The notes below the pieces were generated by a model that had not been told where the DNA came from, made no database searches, and saw only the letters and a list, made by a program, of their open reading frames with translations. This document shows positions 12,501-22,100 of a stretch of DNA of 64,000 nt, one piece after another. Origin of the DNA: Schizochytrium sp. TIO01 (Eukaryota; Protista; Bigyra: Labyrinthulomycetes); the NCBI GenBank assembly GCA_004764695.1, contig SMSO01000008.1, positions 620,001-684,000 of the forward strand, read 5' to 3'. Position 1 is the first letter of the stretch, and every line of letters starts with the position of its first letter. The translations under genes were made by a program, and so were the position numbers.

Positions 12501-14972
12501 GTGCTGCCACCTGGCCCGTCAACGATAACTGAAAGTTCCGAGCATGACACAGAGTTGGAAGACGCAGCAACTGGTGTCACAAACAGTGGAGGTTTAGAGG
12601 TTGATGACTTGGAGCGAGCACTTGCATTGAGCTTGCAGGCAGCTCAGAATGAAGGTTCTGGCGATGAAGACGAAGAGATGGCTACAGGAAATGATATTTC
12701 TGAGGACGATGATGGCGCAAATGTTGAAGGAGACAATGGCAATGCGTCAACTGGTGCTGTGGAGAATACCGGTGTATCCGAAGTAGCGCCCACTGAAGAG
12801 TTTCCACTTCCACCTGGTGTGGATGCCGAAGTTTGGGCAAGTCTACCTGATGAGCTTCGACTTGACATTCTCCGAGAACATGGAATGGACCCCTCTACTG
12901 CGAGGGGTGCTACTGGGCAACAGGAAGGCTCTGTTCAAGAATCGGAGCCTGCACTCAATATCGAGAATGCGGAGGAAATGGGTCTTGCCTCCATGATCGC
13001 CTCAATTGTGGATCCCGAACTTCGTCGCGAAATCTTCATGGGCCTATCTGATGAACAGCTTGGGTCGCTTCCTGCTCACCTACGAGCTGAAGCTAACATT
13101 CTTCGCTCCCGACACATTCAACATCATCAATTTGGGTTTAATGGTATGCGGGATCGCGCTGGGCGCAACCAACCTGAGCGTGCAACTGTAGGAACCGAAG
13201 AGGTTACTGAACGAGAACGCTCTAAAGCACAGATTCGCCTTGAATCTGAGGTAAAGGGAGATGTTCTTGTTCAACAGCGCGAAGTGCAAAATGTTATTCG
13301 ATTGTCATTTCTCCTTCAAACACCCCGTATGAGCTATGTCAAGGAAACTCTGGCCAATCTTTGCCATCATCCTAAAAGTCGAGTGCCTGTCATTGAATTA
13401 CTTCTGCGCGCTCTGCGCCCACAAGATGCGGAAGAAGTTGCCAATGCATGGATCCCGGAGCGTATGTTTGGTGCTCCTACAGAAATTGCTTTTGCACTAA
13501 GTGCAATGCTGATTGCTTCAGACACTATCAAGGATGAAGCCACTGGGAAGCTGCAGCGCGTTGTGCCCCCTCTAGTTGCAAAACGCCTTTTGGATACTCT
13601 CAAGTATATTGCCAAAAATAGACGTGTAGCAATGTATCTTCTTGTGAACGGAAGTTCGTGTGCTATGCTTCAAGACTCAACAGACCCGAAAGCGCTGGTC
13701 GACGTAGGTGCATCCTCTGGCAACGTTGGTTGCCTTGAGAGCCTGCTTTCTCTTCTCTCATTGCGGCAATACAAACTAAGTTCGTCACACCTTACTCGCG
13801 TCGTTGATCTACTAGCAAGCATTGTTTCCCCTCTGGGCAAGCTAACTGAAGTAGATCTTGAAGAGGTATCTGACGAAGGGGTAAAGGAGGCAAACAGTGA
13901 AACTGATGACAAGGAAGGTACCATTGAGCGAAGTGAGGAGTCTACACATATCGGCCTGGGTGAGTCTGCGCAGGGTAGTGATACAAAAGAATCGTCTTCT
14001 GCCAGCGCTAGTGCTAATGCGGAAGAGGAAAAGAAAGCAGAGGATGAGAAGCGTAGTGTGACCGTACTAGTCCCGAAACGCGAGGTCGATGCCGCCTATC
14101 TTCGGTTTCTGGCCAATGTTCTTGTTGTAGATACTTGCACTGATACTACTTTTAATAAGGCTACCTCTGTTGTTCAACATTTGGCAAAGGTTCCAGCAAA
14201 CAGACAGCGCCTTCTTGGAGAGCTCTGCCGTGCTGCCGAGGTGCTTGGCCAACGAGCCGTACGCGATCTTTTGCAGGTCAAGCAAATTCTGACTCGACGT
14301 AATACCTCTAGCGCCAAAGAAGACTCCGCTGCTCTTGCCTCCTCTTCTAATGAGCTTAAACTCCTTCGAATTCTCAAGACGGTTCGTGGTTTGACAGATT
14401 CTGCGGAAGATATGGACAAACTGTGTGCCGGTGTGGAACTTGACTCCCTTTGGGAAGCCCTTTCAGATTGCTTGCGAGCTGTTGCAGAGAACGAAGAGAA
14501 GGGTAGCGGTGATGACGACAACTCCAGCTCTGGCGGAGGCGCGACCGGGGCGAGCGCGAAACAGTCCAAATCTCTCGGTCAGGAGAAGGACAAGCTTAAA
14601 GAGAGGCTGAAAACAAAACCGCGCTCACAGTCGGTTGCCTCTTCCACCTCAGCTAGTACGACGTCTTTTTTGCATCAACGCCGCGCTGTCCGCGTTGCTG
14701 ACGACCTTGAAGACGGTGAGGTATTGCATATTGCCCAGGATGAGCATGGCAGTGCAAGCAGTGCTGTCTTGGCATTTGCTCACGCTCGTTTGCCTTTGAT
14801 CAAGGCATTCTTCCTGGTGAATGGAGTGGTTGCTGAGCACGATGCAAAAGCACGTCAAAATGATGAGCAAGAAGAACTTGAGGCTATTCGCCGTCGAGTA
14901 GACCCTTCATACAAAGGTTCGGACGACGAAAGTAACAAGAACATCTCGGCAGGTCAGAATGCTGAGGCCTAA
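3552..14972 (+). CDS. HUWE1: HUWE1/Tom1/UPL1-like E3 ubiquitin ligase, N-terminal scaffold lacking the HECT domain (3806 aa)
   Basis: Single intact ORF. DUF908/DUF913-like N-terminus (HWAPVLNRMDALL), UBA (FEPDMAVVARVAELGF...TAWVLENP), UIM-like motifs (EEDEIARAIRLSMEE; DDLERALALSLQA), long acidic tract, UBM/DUF4414 repeats (PPGVDAEVWASLPDELRLDIL; DPELRREIF...SLPAHLRAEA). Late LWEALSDCL and RLPLIKAFFLVN motifs precede the stop, with no HECT. Confidence 0.85.
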   Translation: MKLDVADINTQCSDDVPDKQGEAITRLCNCSTDLAFVDAVRSISSWNAMGEPGDIRHWAPVLNRMDALLYKCITANENAVGTLVLDEKSLPKDETPENIQAQEGLGRSEEERKRRPVDDAEMIVAAIFRFAVILLENCHAKVVFNLAEYAEAVLTSPDTELSDLALHVLAALVGTPHLDWHPEANDEEPTSLTGRTALARKLMCLAQGWGSQAQGFALRSCVVDTAQESATNLPAAGGALNFDYFAEQQEEDDENETGESKTDEQSRSTAAKETEKISLTEANSTTTMMENDVKTSGNDDPSPAVKIDGSEANTNKINNAMAKLEAHVVRIQRTPEQVQAAQTPNELYNAILEECQNFPKHLRFALLERTRLAHSFGTLAGRRRRVLRRLRALIVLQRTASQTLVNYYKHEPELMQEIAMLLKDSTTSVSEAGQTSLTSNNTLQRSGFNKDPMSASPGLVPLSIKLAAVGVLDGLLRARDRAEGAEGPAARNSNVLHALGTVKSDAQGVLLTLLRSTAASLEAHAMRLMKSLSSSKQDGTSTTDESIGLAFVSAIGNTSPATPPNAPIDSTDLDLPEDDFEWMKSILGLTCSVAEFDTGASALTDAGLIHSVHGALMTELALRRELRTNLDISMPRRTRVLALGIYVLVSAISTSTAAAGWAKDLELIDLTIDLLQETLQRGQAITEAKFPGFSSASSTNRTDRLMADTMETDAGIETKTEVKHTIAPQALDLSEMAIVHAFMSLLTFIHVVGSNARNSAGGMSDRLRDKDSKLSSCLRLLFDNCGVLVGSTFDRAATLLSETLNADPVSARVVAESGLARSALLVISEGRLPPVEPCIRAVPAMLTGLCLSEQALELVDGGLRPSPLDVFMDGFYDPRYVRAMSENTGMSVGVGLMDLAQSFPRLRPRVVDGCVRLLKRILHPRPKEMQAFSALIANSIAPKVDCGEPTLRSSLSFSSNATMSSSQSETVSSRAEDELRHACVRDSVQMISSVLEHTDMAKLFLEKDGLKLLLDMYPKTLPPSQRFLVRSGSEYGGQSYIFLSTNLSTIVYSLLDNMRGHIMSVHQLIQHMDDVLERVVKARKAAAKDLPEGKGPYSLLKSIPADLTVDQAKKLADQVQSDVGSTSKDTFDVAQLRRVSSNIKTLTHLEWLVLLLAKCVSSGLPTVASTRMHRSWMSDLVTPERLQTLRKLSVTASHLRREVALEYANNYDKERKAGESKMLRDVALTEMGRFTSTVQRLLHQLSRLCFVPPANRRGTRASLATASDLAKTMATELSAIFIDHIEFAKLPEHGLQESSDAYLMYMCGVLKLVTNCLDDTRKGSEGANLVLLYILDPGPEGPPSRANKNSSASEVSKVNTLDSLLNISFSLLDEVMERESTPAYIQILLEAVSDFLWQLVRVNRTDFVTLSSSIARFGLEDDWRPIPNFLLALHKKLIVYLHPRVNKLEKLGPVALCHILPVLAKLATLPLEDQDVLPEHFATKFSDEDTSRGGLGRLGGGRNRASGAANEADQALEFAANRARQRARAQREFEPDMAVVARVAELGFIPGHIVRGMRQLRTNDAEHVTAWVLENPSRTEDAEFQIPAPSSSSSNAEESGANASASGSGFSGHTDAQDNNEDEEDEIARAIRLSMEESGAVAGDEDDDEDEDEDDKDIEEASIADEAQQKALEEAAAKEEENRNALQVEDDASLKMRGLVRKADAVREEFFAFRRSVCESCVDMLRSIPVDSNGAEATLASAVAAMLIKVGHQPAPEGPRCQGQTMQRLSILALEALKQNDTPRANGFMRCMVLVMRDLVAQDTPASDARAAGQNRNATKGLSGPARKYQLAFAKEALLREMLESQAYESAFVIVDLALRLNCCSENFRRLCLDRCSEILAQSGQDLTADGLHAVLLLLFRVLGDYKYVEVFLAKDKALEVLICGLSSKQRFPGHRTLVSLLISRILEHPSTLRVAMASVLTSTLRGIQMKRARRHPGGRTNASQVPVQLRELISFVEPMQQRNPKLFMEAAEAVLKVRKAVLSGQTMVELRPDAGKTLSALNKSASDEGPGRGRVMQALLDAIFQAFCQGNQSKHLLELGSLLQLLRDVISLQPWTVRAIFERRVSEKSRDILDSIWGSTLHLTRKMPKHSEGKFTLVDVLLGGVLCSEGHVDGEELYESTKAAVSLLALAANRTTEEARRRLVRALSSMFESTVKVEVSSTEVQRNARMFALQNWATVGRLMLDRSADVRTVGLEMQRRSDICWETARLMDHHNYVNTLLRLLPHVNMEHPLAPYVSANIMALAYTLSRKSVLGQIYALNAKKASISGTQTEKRKGRDRGHSVSSVGYNSEGVAGDLPETRMDAEAMWSAFAARDGPSAQHGGQMGSINGGAPPSGGAANADASYFATLAGAPIPIEEEGEEIEELDDNMHIDPDNMMVVNLDPNEDADDDDDEDDDEDDDDDEEDDEDEDEDEHHDEDEDEEMEDGLIAQVEEVDEDDEEEEDDGEDELDRIVRGHNVAGQGDDMEDDEDDDDDDDDEVDDEDVDDETVNRIFGQLAANNDVDGLDDEDDDDEVEGDMTDAVINDDIAVVMGRLMDPWANVSGAGGVRLSASAVGEGFMSGLGDRDDGFRLPRGMRSGLHDVLGRQQEVAINIEEDIAGDWRRINLAVRGPESGLGSSVDPAASLRPRMDSFALGDFQGVSRRPSRQRNVRGSASNNHSSNTSPTNSQPGETNPLSETWNPSSLGLPGLPNTSVSILGDYMRGVNLAGVNELRQSNSSDSNESAEPSMPLPDVLSHPVLRCHVSPRFGTDVPGNEALVRGAPGGSAARSQRRFGVFVSGLGRMVERAGREASTIEIPGLAPESRDQLERWSNGNFASDAGAVRDIVTHLEERAEEESEAESQQQREQEATASAAESNEGATAGTIEVRPTEDSHVAGNADDGLVSASRSTGEVAASSANVQQDCDNNNNNRNAGNVEQSQSETMEVSDEGSSGANAESTAVLPPGPSTITESSEHDTELEDAATGVTNSGGLEVDDLERALALSLQAAQNEGSGDEDEEMATGNDISEDDDGANVEGDNGNASTGAVENTGVSEVAPTEEFPLPPGVDAEVWASLPDELRLDILREHGMDPSTARGATGQQEGSVQESEPALNIENAEEMGLASMIASIVDPELRREIFMGLSDEQLGSLPAHLRAEANILRSRHIQHHQFGFNGMRDRAGRNQPERATVGTEEVTERERSKAQIRLESEVKGDVLVQQREVQNVIRLSFLLQTPRMSYVKETLANLCHHPKSRVPVIELLLRALRPQDAEEVANAWIPERMFGAPTEIAFALSAMLIASDTIKDEATGKLQRVVPPLVAKRLLDTLKYIAKNRRVAMYLLVNGSSCAMLQDSTDPKALVDVGASSGNVGCLESLLSLLSLRQYKLSSSHLTRVVDLLASIVSPLGKLTEVDLEEVSDEGVKEANSETDDKEGTIERSEESTHIGLGESAQGSDTKESSSASASANAEEEKKAEDEKRSVTVLVPKREVDAAYLRFLANVLVVDTCTDTTFNKATSVVQHLAKVPANRQRLLGELCRAAEVLGQRAVRDLLQVKQILTRRNTSSAKEDSAALASSSNELKLLRILKTVRGLTDSAEDMDKLCAGVELDSLWEALSDCLRAVAENEEKGSGDDDNSSSGGGATGASAKQSKSLGQEKDKLKERLKTKPRSQSVASSTSASTTSFLHQRRAVRVADDLEDGEVLHIAQDEHGSASSAVLAFAHARLPLIKAFFLVNGVVAEHDAKARQNDEQEELEAIRRRVDPSYKGSDDESNKNISAGQNAEA

Positions 14973-15269
14973 ATCCCACGTTGCCGCTTCTGAAACATAG
15001 TGCGAATTACTTAGTTTTGTTGATTTTTGTTAAATCGAAAAAGAGATTTTAATATATAGAAAATATGTTTTATGTAGAATGTCCCTATGTCTCTAAAATA
15101 TTTAGATGTGCTCTGGTCAATCTCACAAGTGCCACCTGGTACTTTTTGCTTCTGACTACCTTTTCATAACGTTTTTCACAGGAGAAAAGACTATCGTATT
15201 TTAGAAAGCGTGTCCAAGTTGAAGCTTGAAGATAATATCTCTCTTTATATAATTTAATTCCCCTCCAAG

Positions 15270-18200
15270 TTAACCGTTCGTGGATGTCAGGATATAATCC
15301 TCCGACTTCACCAAAGTCGCATTTGTTGATGGAGCAACCTGTTGAGTACCAGCTGTTGGCGCCGTTGTATTAATACTAGCGTTAACACGAATGTTATTCA
15401 ACTTGGGAACGAGAATTAATGTAATAGTCATCATACAGGTCACAAGAATACCAATACTTCCAAAGGCATGCATTGAAGCATAACTGAGGTCTAAACTCAG
15501 AATTACTGCGAGAGTAAGCAAACTCATGACTGCGCCGTTGTAAACAGAAATGAAAATCCACTTTGCTTCGCTAAGTTCTGACTCGACGTGGCGAATCTGG
15601 TACGAAACGAAGCAACCATACAAAGTCATGATAGCAAGGAGTAGAATGAGCAAAAGACTCATGGTACCTGCATTGACAGAACATGTAGTGTATGGTACCA
15701 GATGGGCGACTCCGTCACTATCAGTAACAGATAGGTTATCCGTTGTTACATGAGGAGGGTCTACAGCCATCATTACTGCAATCATTATGCCAGTCGCAGC
15801 AACCAATGCAAAGAGACGTCGATAAAGTCTACTATTGGGTAGCTTGATTTTACGCAGTTTGGTATTGCGCACAAGAACACTGACTCGCCAGGTCTTAACA
15901 AACAAAGGTCCAAAAAGAAGAACATAGCCTAGAGCGGCGAGTGAAGGAAGGGTTGCACACTTTGCGTCCGTAAGCTTACCAAGCGCGACAATTGGTCCTG
16001 TAAGACCAACATATGCTCCAAACATCATTAGCAATAAGAATTCGCGCTGAGAAAGCCGAATGATCTTATGATTCCAGAATATAAGCAAAAACACTGTTGC
16101 TACTGTTGTAAAGAGAAATCCAGCTATAGCAAGGGGCAGTCCAACTCCAGAAGCCACAGCATAATCGCAATCAACTTCGAAGGGGTCAACGTCAGGGCAA
16201 TACTCCTTCGACTCATCAGAGTTTTGAACATACGTGACTAGACGGGTTGAACCTTCACAGTCAGACACTGTCTGATTATATTCTGTACTAAGAGTGCAAT
16301 CCATGGTATAATCAACTGGGACCTCGGTAGACAGCCCTGGAAAGTATGTGGTACTCGTGATGTCGAACTGATTGTTCTCATAGCGTCCGATAGAATTGTA
16401 CTGACTCCCATAGATGTTGCCAACCTCATAAACTGCAGAACTTCGATCACCATCACTGTCCATCTGAATAAGACCCGACGTTCCATAGTAGGACACTGCT
16501 CGAATAGCACTTCGGACCAAGGTCGGCTCAAGCCGTTGTGCTGGTGTAAGTGATCCCATTGCGCGTAGAGCTACTTGAATTGCGTCATAGTAAAAACCAT
16601 TCCAACGTGTTTTAGCAATAGTGATTGCTGCATCGCGATCACCATTTGAAGCATTCAGAAGTGTTGCACCGATGTTTGCGTATTTACCTACTACATCGTC
16701 AAAGTGCTCGTCAATACACGCATGCCATTCTGCATAAGTTGTACCATTTGGAGCCATAGCAGGAACAAGCCCAATAAAACCTTCCAAGAGGGTGTCGAGG
16801 TCTTCCTTTTCATCATCGCTCAGACCCCATACATCATCATCAAGCACCATCATTGTTGCTTCAGTGGAGAGCCAACCCCAACCTTCCTCTAACATACCTG
16901 TGCTATTGGCCTCGACAAGAATAGCACGAGGAGACTTCACAGCGAGAAGAACAATTCGAATTCCAGTTGCCCGAATCTTTCGCAAAGCTTCAGAGATTTG
17001 AGATTCGGTATAGCCGTCTTGGAGAGTGTAACTCGTAACTGCAATGCCTAGCTCAGTAGCTCGATCTCCAAACGCTGTGATAATTCCATCAAAGTAAGTA
17101 TTTGGTGAAAGAGAGAGGGTAGCAACATGAGTCCAATTATTGGATAAAGAATAATTGGCTAGGAGAGAACCTTGATACGAGTCTGAGGCAATGACTCGTG
17201 AGAAATAAGAGTATGTCGTAGCATCACTTAGCGATGGAGAGGTGGCTGTAGTACCAATCAAGTTTTGTTGATACGCTGTTCCAATCAAAGCGGCACCACT
17301 TGTGGGTGTACTTCCTGCCGAAGGCGCTACAGCAAGGTGCATTCCAGATTTACGCATGCAATTGCCTGCGCTGATACCACCTGACATCGTTGAACCAGTG
17401 CCTAGCCAAATAAGATTCAAACTTGTAGAATTGGAAATTACTGTTCCATTGTTGACTATATTATCAAGAGCACACATAGCTGACATGTCAATACCCACAC
17501 TACCTTCAAAGTCTCGTAAGATACCTAGGTAAATTGAGTCGGCTGTGGTTTCGTAAATATCTTCATCAATGAGATCCTCAACGCAAATTCTATCCTGAAC
17601 ATAATCCGTACAGTCATCGCATACTGAGTACATGTTGCAGTCCTCCTCTGTTGTAGAAAGTTCTGGGCAGTAGCGTGCAGACACATTTGAGGCGAAAGAA
17701 TAACTAACATTCCGAACAGAATCGACGCAAGTCGTTGCTGTTGTAATATAATCATCATCGACATTACAAGTCATTACGTAATCACTCGGCACAGAAGACA
17801 TATTCCCAGGGAATTTTAATTCTGCCTCGTTATTTAACACAGTCGTTCCGTTGCTTACGAAAAATCTGCCAACATCAACCAAAACTCCATTTTGTACATT
17901 TCGAATAGCAAAAGAAGATCGAGTTCTATGACCATTCTCATCAATGCTAACATCTCCAGTTACTCCTGTGAAAGCTGTATTAAGAATTGCTTGTCGAATA
18001 ACGCTAGGATCTGAGGGATCAGACGAGGCATCTAAAGCTCTTATCACAAGCTGTACAGAGTCGTAGAAGTAACCATTGTATGAATCCAGAGCAAGACTCA
18101 GACCTGCAGAATAGGTTTGTTCAGTCGTGTTGCTTGTTAGGGACGTGCCAATATTTGAAAAATTGCCTGATGTTGCATTGAAATTGCTTTCAACACAAGT

Positions 18201-19145
18201 CTGCCAACGTTCGTATGTAGTGCCCCCAACATCAAGGCTTGGAATGAGAGCAATGAAGCCCTGAAGAAGCGTTTTGTATTGTTGAACTTCCTCTGTAGAC
18301 ATCACGCTTGCCCCGAAGGATGAGAGTGGTTTCTCCAAGGTACGCCCGGTTGCAATCCAGCCCCAGCCCTCAGATAGCATTCCAAGATCACTGGCAACCT
18401 GTAAAAGCTCTGCCAAGTCTGTCAAAAGTGGTAGAATAATTCGATAGCCAGACGCATCGACCGCCTCCAAAACTGATTCAATACTTTGTGTCGAAGCAGA
18501 TGTAGGAAGAGAAAATTGAGATAGTTCAATGCCAAGCTGCATCGATTGTACAGTAAACTCACTAAGCGCAATGTCCATCTCTGGATCGCCGGAAGAAACA
18601 ATAATAGCAACTTTTAACCAGTCCATATTAAAGCAAAATTGTGCAAGCGATGCTATTTCTACTTCCATAGCACCATAAATTTGCGTGACATATTCAGCAC
18701 TGTACTCATGTTCTGACATGGCCACCATATTTTTTTCGTAAATGTTTCCAACAAGGGCTGCTCCAGTCGTTTCTGCAGTAGAGAACAGTCCTAGTGCAGC
18801 TTCGATACCAGCCTTCTCCATGCATAATGCAGCCCTTGTACCGCCTTCAGAGGTGCTCTGGGTGTCTAACCAAACTGGAGAAACTTGAGTAAAACCACTC
18901 AGGAATCCATCCTCAAGTGCATGCTCTAGAGAGCACAATACAGCAAAATCAGGACTCGGGTTCAACGCAAGATTGCGCATAACACCAAAGTACAGGTTTG
19001 TTGCATTTGTTACATATTGATCATCCACGATAGTATCCTCCGCGCAAATGCGGCTGGATACATATGAATTGTAATCTCCACGAACAGCTTGTGAGCTTGC
19101 AGCAAAACACAGAAGAACAATGCCCAGCGCTGTTTGCGAGCGCAT
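15270..19145 (-). CDS. Class C (GABA-B-like) GPCR with two tandem Venus-flytrap domains and a 7TM_3 domain
   Basis: Signal peptide MRSQTALGIVLLCFAASSQA from the ATG at 19145. Internal duplication (RICAEDTIVDD/RICVEDLIDED; GWGWIATG/GWGWLSTE; YNGYFYDSV/WNGFYYDAI). VFT motif ATSPSLSDATTYSYFSRVIASD. 7TM motifs FGPLFVKTWRV, SEAKWIFISVYN, LVPKL. Confidence 0.85.
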   Translation of the reverse strand: MRSQTALGIVLLCFAASSQAVRGDYNSYVSSRICAEDTIVDDQYVTNATNLYFGVMRNLALNPSPDFAVLCSLEHALEDGFLSGFTQVSPVWLDTQSTSEGGTRAALCMEKAGIEAALGLFSTAETTGAALVGNIYEKNMVAMSEHEYSAEYVTQIYGAMEVEIASLAQFCFNMDWLKVAIIVSSGDPEMDIALSEFTVQSMQLGIELSQFSLPTSASTQSIESVLEAVDASGYRIILPLLTDLAELLQVASDLGMLSEGWGWIATGRTLEKPLSSFGASVMSTEEVQQYKTLLQGFIALIPSLDVGGTTYERWQTCVESNFNATSGNFSNIGTSLTSNTTEQTYSAGLSLALDSYNGYFYDSVQLVIRALDASSDPSDPSVIRQAILNTAFTGVTGDVSIDENGHRTRSSFAIRNVQNGVLVDVGRFFVSNGTTVLNNEAELKFPGNMSSVPSDYVMTCNVDDDYITTATTCVDSVRNVSYSFASNVSARYCPELSTTEEDCNMYSVCDDCTDYVQDRICVEDLIDEDIYETTADSIYLGILRDFEGSVGIDMSAMCALDNIVNNGTVISNSTSLNLIWLGTGSTMSGGISAGNCMRKSGMHLAVAPSAGSTPTSGAALIGTAYQQNLIGTTATSPSLSDATTYSYFSRVIASDSYQGSLLANYSLSNNWTHVATLSLSPNTYFDGIITAFGDRATELGIAVTSYTLQDGYTESQISEALRKIRATGIRIVLLAVKSPRAILVEANSTGMLEEGWGWLSTEATMMVLDDDVWGLSDDEKEDLDTLLEGFIGLVPAMAPNGTTYAEWHACIDEHFDDVVGKYANIGATLLNASNGDRDAAITIAKTRWNGFYYDAIQVALRAMGSLTPAQRLEPTLVRSAIRAVSYYGTSGLIQMDSDGDRSSAVYEVGNIYGSQYNSIGRYENNQFDITSTTYFPGLSTEVPVDYTMDCTLSTEYNQTVSDCEGSTRLVTYVQNSDESKEYCPDVDPFEVDCDYAVASGVGLPLAIAGFLFTTVATVFLLIFWNHKIIRLSQREFLLLMMFGAYVGLTGPIVALGKLTDAKCATLPSLAALGYVLLFGPLFVKTWRVSVLVRNTKLRKIKLPNSRLYRRLFALVAATGIMIAVMMAVDPPHVTTDNLSVTDSDGVAHLVPYTTCSVNAGTMSLLLILLLAIMTLYGCFVSYQIRHVESELSEAKWIFISVYNGAVMSLLTLAVILSLDLSYASMHAFGSIGILVTCMMTITLILVPKLNNIRVNASINTTAPTAGTQQVAPSTNATLVKSEDYILTSTNG

Positions 19146-22100
19146 TATATTCAATTTAAAGTGGAATTCAGAGATCACCTCCAGTAGATAGGCCGTCCAC
19201 ACGGGCCTAAACAGAGGTGTTTCTAGTTTGCTTTTTGCCCTGGTTGTTTATTTCATGGAATAACATCCTCGAATGGTATTAAAATATAAAATAAACTCTG
19301 CAAAGAGGACTTTATTATGAGAATAAATTGATATATTAAATTATACAGAGTAAATAATCATGTAAAGTGAAACACGAGCTTTCTGCGATAACATATTTTT
19401 ACCGTACTTTTTAATGCCATAACAAAATCACCAAGACCGTTCACCATCTTTTTGAAGGCAATATGTTTCGCTGCAATGACCTTAAGAATGGAACGGATAG
19501 GGCATCCGCATTTCGTGTTCCTATTTATACATAAACGTAAGATATCCTAGTTTTCACAATAGCTGACTTCAGCTAGACATAAATGCCAAACAGCCTGGAT
19601 AGTAGTGCTTGCTAGTCGAAGAGTTTGCCGACTTGTAGTCAAGACTAAAATTAACCTTGTTGGAAGACCTAATCGCATTCTCTGCCCCTTCACCTTGCCT
19701 CCCTTCAAGCACCCTTTTTATCTAGTCTTCCTTACACTAATCCAATGATCCGGCGTGGTTGTGCCTCCCCTCCCACCATTACGAGATAGCAGCGCTGCGC
19801 ATCTACTTGCACACTTCGGATGAAGAGCACATTTGCATATTCTTGAGAAAAAGCACTTGTGTTTTTCCAAAGTTCGCCACCATGTGTTCTCCCTGGGCTG
19901 AGCCTAAGGGCAGTCCTCTGCCTGGTACCTTCAAAGTGCCACCACCATTCTTTTGCGCAAGACACGGGGCGCTTACCTTGAGCTCAACTCGCAGGCCTTA
20001 GAGTCCTCCGCTCCAAGATTGTATGTAGAGTCTTGAGAACGCCTGAATCGGGTCCGCCAGAAGCTAGCTGTGTGCAAGTTTGACCTACTCTCAGCTTCCA
20101 CACCCATGTACTAGTCTTGCGTGGGCCAACCAAGGATTACAGCGTCCACTTGGTCTGGTCTTCTCTTTGGAGATAGCTCTTGCCTCAATTGTGCTTGCGG
20201 CACAACCATAAACTCCTATGAGCTCTCCGCCCTGCCACCCAAGCTGATCCAGAGTATTATCTCCACCCTGTAGTTCGCCAGCTGCTCAGCATTTCCAGGA
20301 TTCTTCTTTCTCGCTCTCCTACATTCTTCTCTCTTTTCCCCATTTCCCTCCCATAAGCTCCTATAAAGTCGAGAATCTTTCAAATGTATCCGTTACAATG
20401 GTAGAAATTTGCGCACGAAACTGCATTCCTCGTAAGCCAACCCTAAGCGAGTTAAAGGGGCGAAGACCCAGCGTTGGAATCTTTGGCAGTAAACCTGGTT
20501 CAGAGTAGGGAGGTGCGCGATGATCGAAATTCTTAAGTCGGGACTCGTGAGCAAAAAGCATCAGTCAGCCAGTAAACACGGGGGGGCAGCGATGGTCGGG
20601 TTTTGGCCAGTCGCGAAGTGCCGATGGACTTCTTCGCCAGGACCTGTCGTTGCCCTTTCGTCCGCCGGCAGAGAGTCATGGCAGCCTCGCCAAATAAGCA
20701 GCGCTACCTACACCTTCGGTGTTCTTTCGCTGGCGCTTTGGCTTTCGGGCGGAGCAGAAATGCCAATGTTCCGAGAATGTTAGATACCCAAGGCTTCTAA
20801 CGACTCTTTCCCTGTTATCCGTCTGCCGTATGGCATAAAAACAAAAACTTGCGCCAACTCTTGACTGTTATAAACTCCTAAATGGACCTCGCGTGAGGCA
20901 TGAGAGCTTTGCAAATGGGACACAAATCCAGGCTCTCTCAAGAACTTGCTCAACACTCGTTTGCGCTGTTTGTGTGCCTCTTGTAAAGCGCACGCCGTTA
21001 CATTTCGCCATTAGGCGTCTCCATTCTCATTCTTCTCCTATCGTGCTTATCTATCATTCACCCTCCAGATCTTCGAGATCGGATGGAGCGATGCCTGCAA
21101 GTCCAGACTCAATAGCGTGCAACGGCCCATGAAATAAGTAATGTTGCGCGGAGCGCAGTCTTGAGCTGCCAACTATACTAAGACGCAAGTTTATCGAGGA
21201 GAGAGACAGTCTCCTCATCATCATCACTTCTCCTCAGAACTAAATGATTTTATTACTTTATGCTCAGACCTCGACAGCGTGTCACTTGTGTGCAAGTACT
21301 TCATGAACCCTGAACCGTCCGCCTACCGCCACTTTCAAGATTTCCTATAGCTTTTCTCACTTACATTGCTTCATCTTGCCTGCAGCCGGATCATCAACAA
21401 CTGCTTTCAACGGTACCTTGTGACGGGTTCCCTCAGGACCTGCAACCTCCCTCTTTATAGTCTGACTTCATTATTGAATATAAGAGGGTATTAGTGTTTT
21501 TTGTTTATTTTTCATTTTTTTTAATTGAAAAAAAAAAGAAAAAAAAGCAGACCATTTGTGGGAGTTATGATAGGAAGTAGGTACCTACTACTATATTGTA
21601 TTTTTCCTTCTTTACGAATTAAATGAAGAAGACCTACCTAGTTACTCAGCTTTAAATATTGTCAAGAATTGTAAAAGGGAGACACGAAACGATGGTAGTC
21701 ATTCGTTATTTTTAGCTCGAGGTACCAAAAGTAACAGTTGGGGGCGCAAAACTTGTAAGTTGTAGGGCTCGCACTAATTGTACAGTTTTTGAAGCAAGTG
21801 GCAGTGTAAGGAGCTTTATTTGATGAAGATACGGTAAGTTTTCGGGAGCACATTCACAAAGCGTACGCGTAGTTTTCATCACGCCAGGCCCGGTTGAAAT
21901 GTGGACATTGTTGTGGTCTGTATAGACAGTAGCTTTGAGTTGTGAGGTTCTGAGCTAAATGTCTGTTAACAACTAAGTTTGTATGATGAAAACTTCAGAG
22001 GCGTTGAAATATGTACTTGGCGGTCCTGTTCCCAGTTTTCTTTTTGTCCTCGAGCACGTTTTTACGTTCCATTGTTGATGCGTAAACATGGCAATAGAAT

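Noticed and set aside
3595-14870. Numerous short overlapping and antisense ORFs within the HUWE1-like gene
   Set aside because: Shadow ORFs of a long coding sequence, with no recognisable motifs.
14952-15100. Base-pairing between putative trans-spliced intron halves of the split HUWE1
   Set aside because: Only an 8-mer (TAGTGCGA) is shared with ~24748-24755, which is compatible with chance. No intein motifs are seen at either end.
19730-21450. Possible retroelement remnant between the GPCR and HECT genes
   Set aside because: The composition is suggestive, but I could not identify RT, integrase or terminal-repeat motifs.
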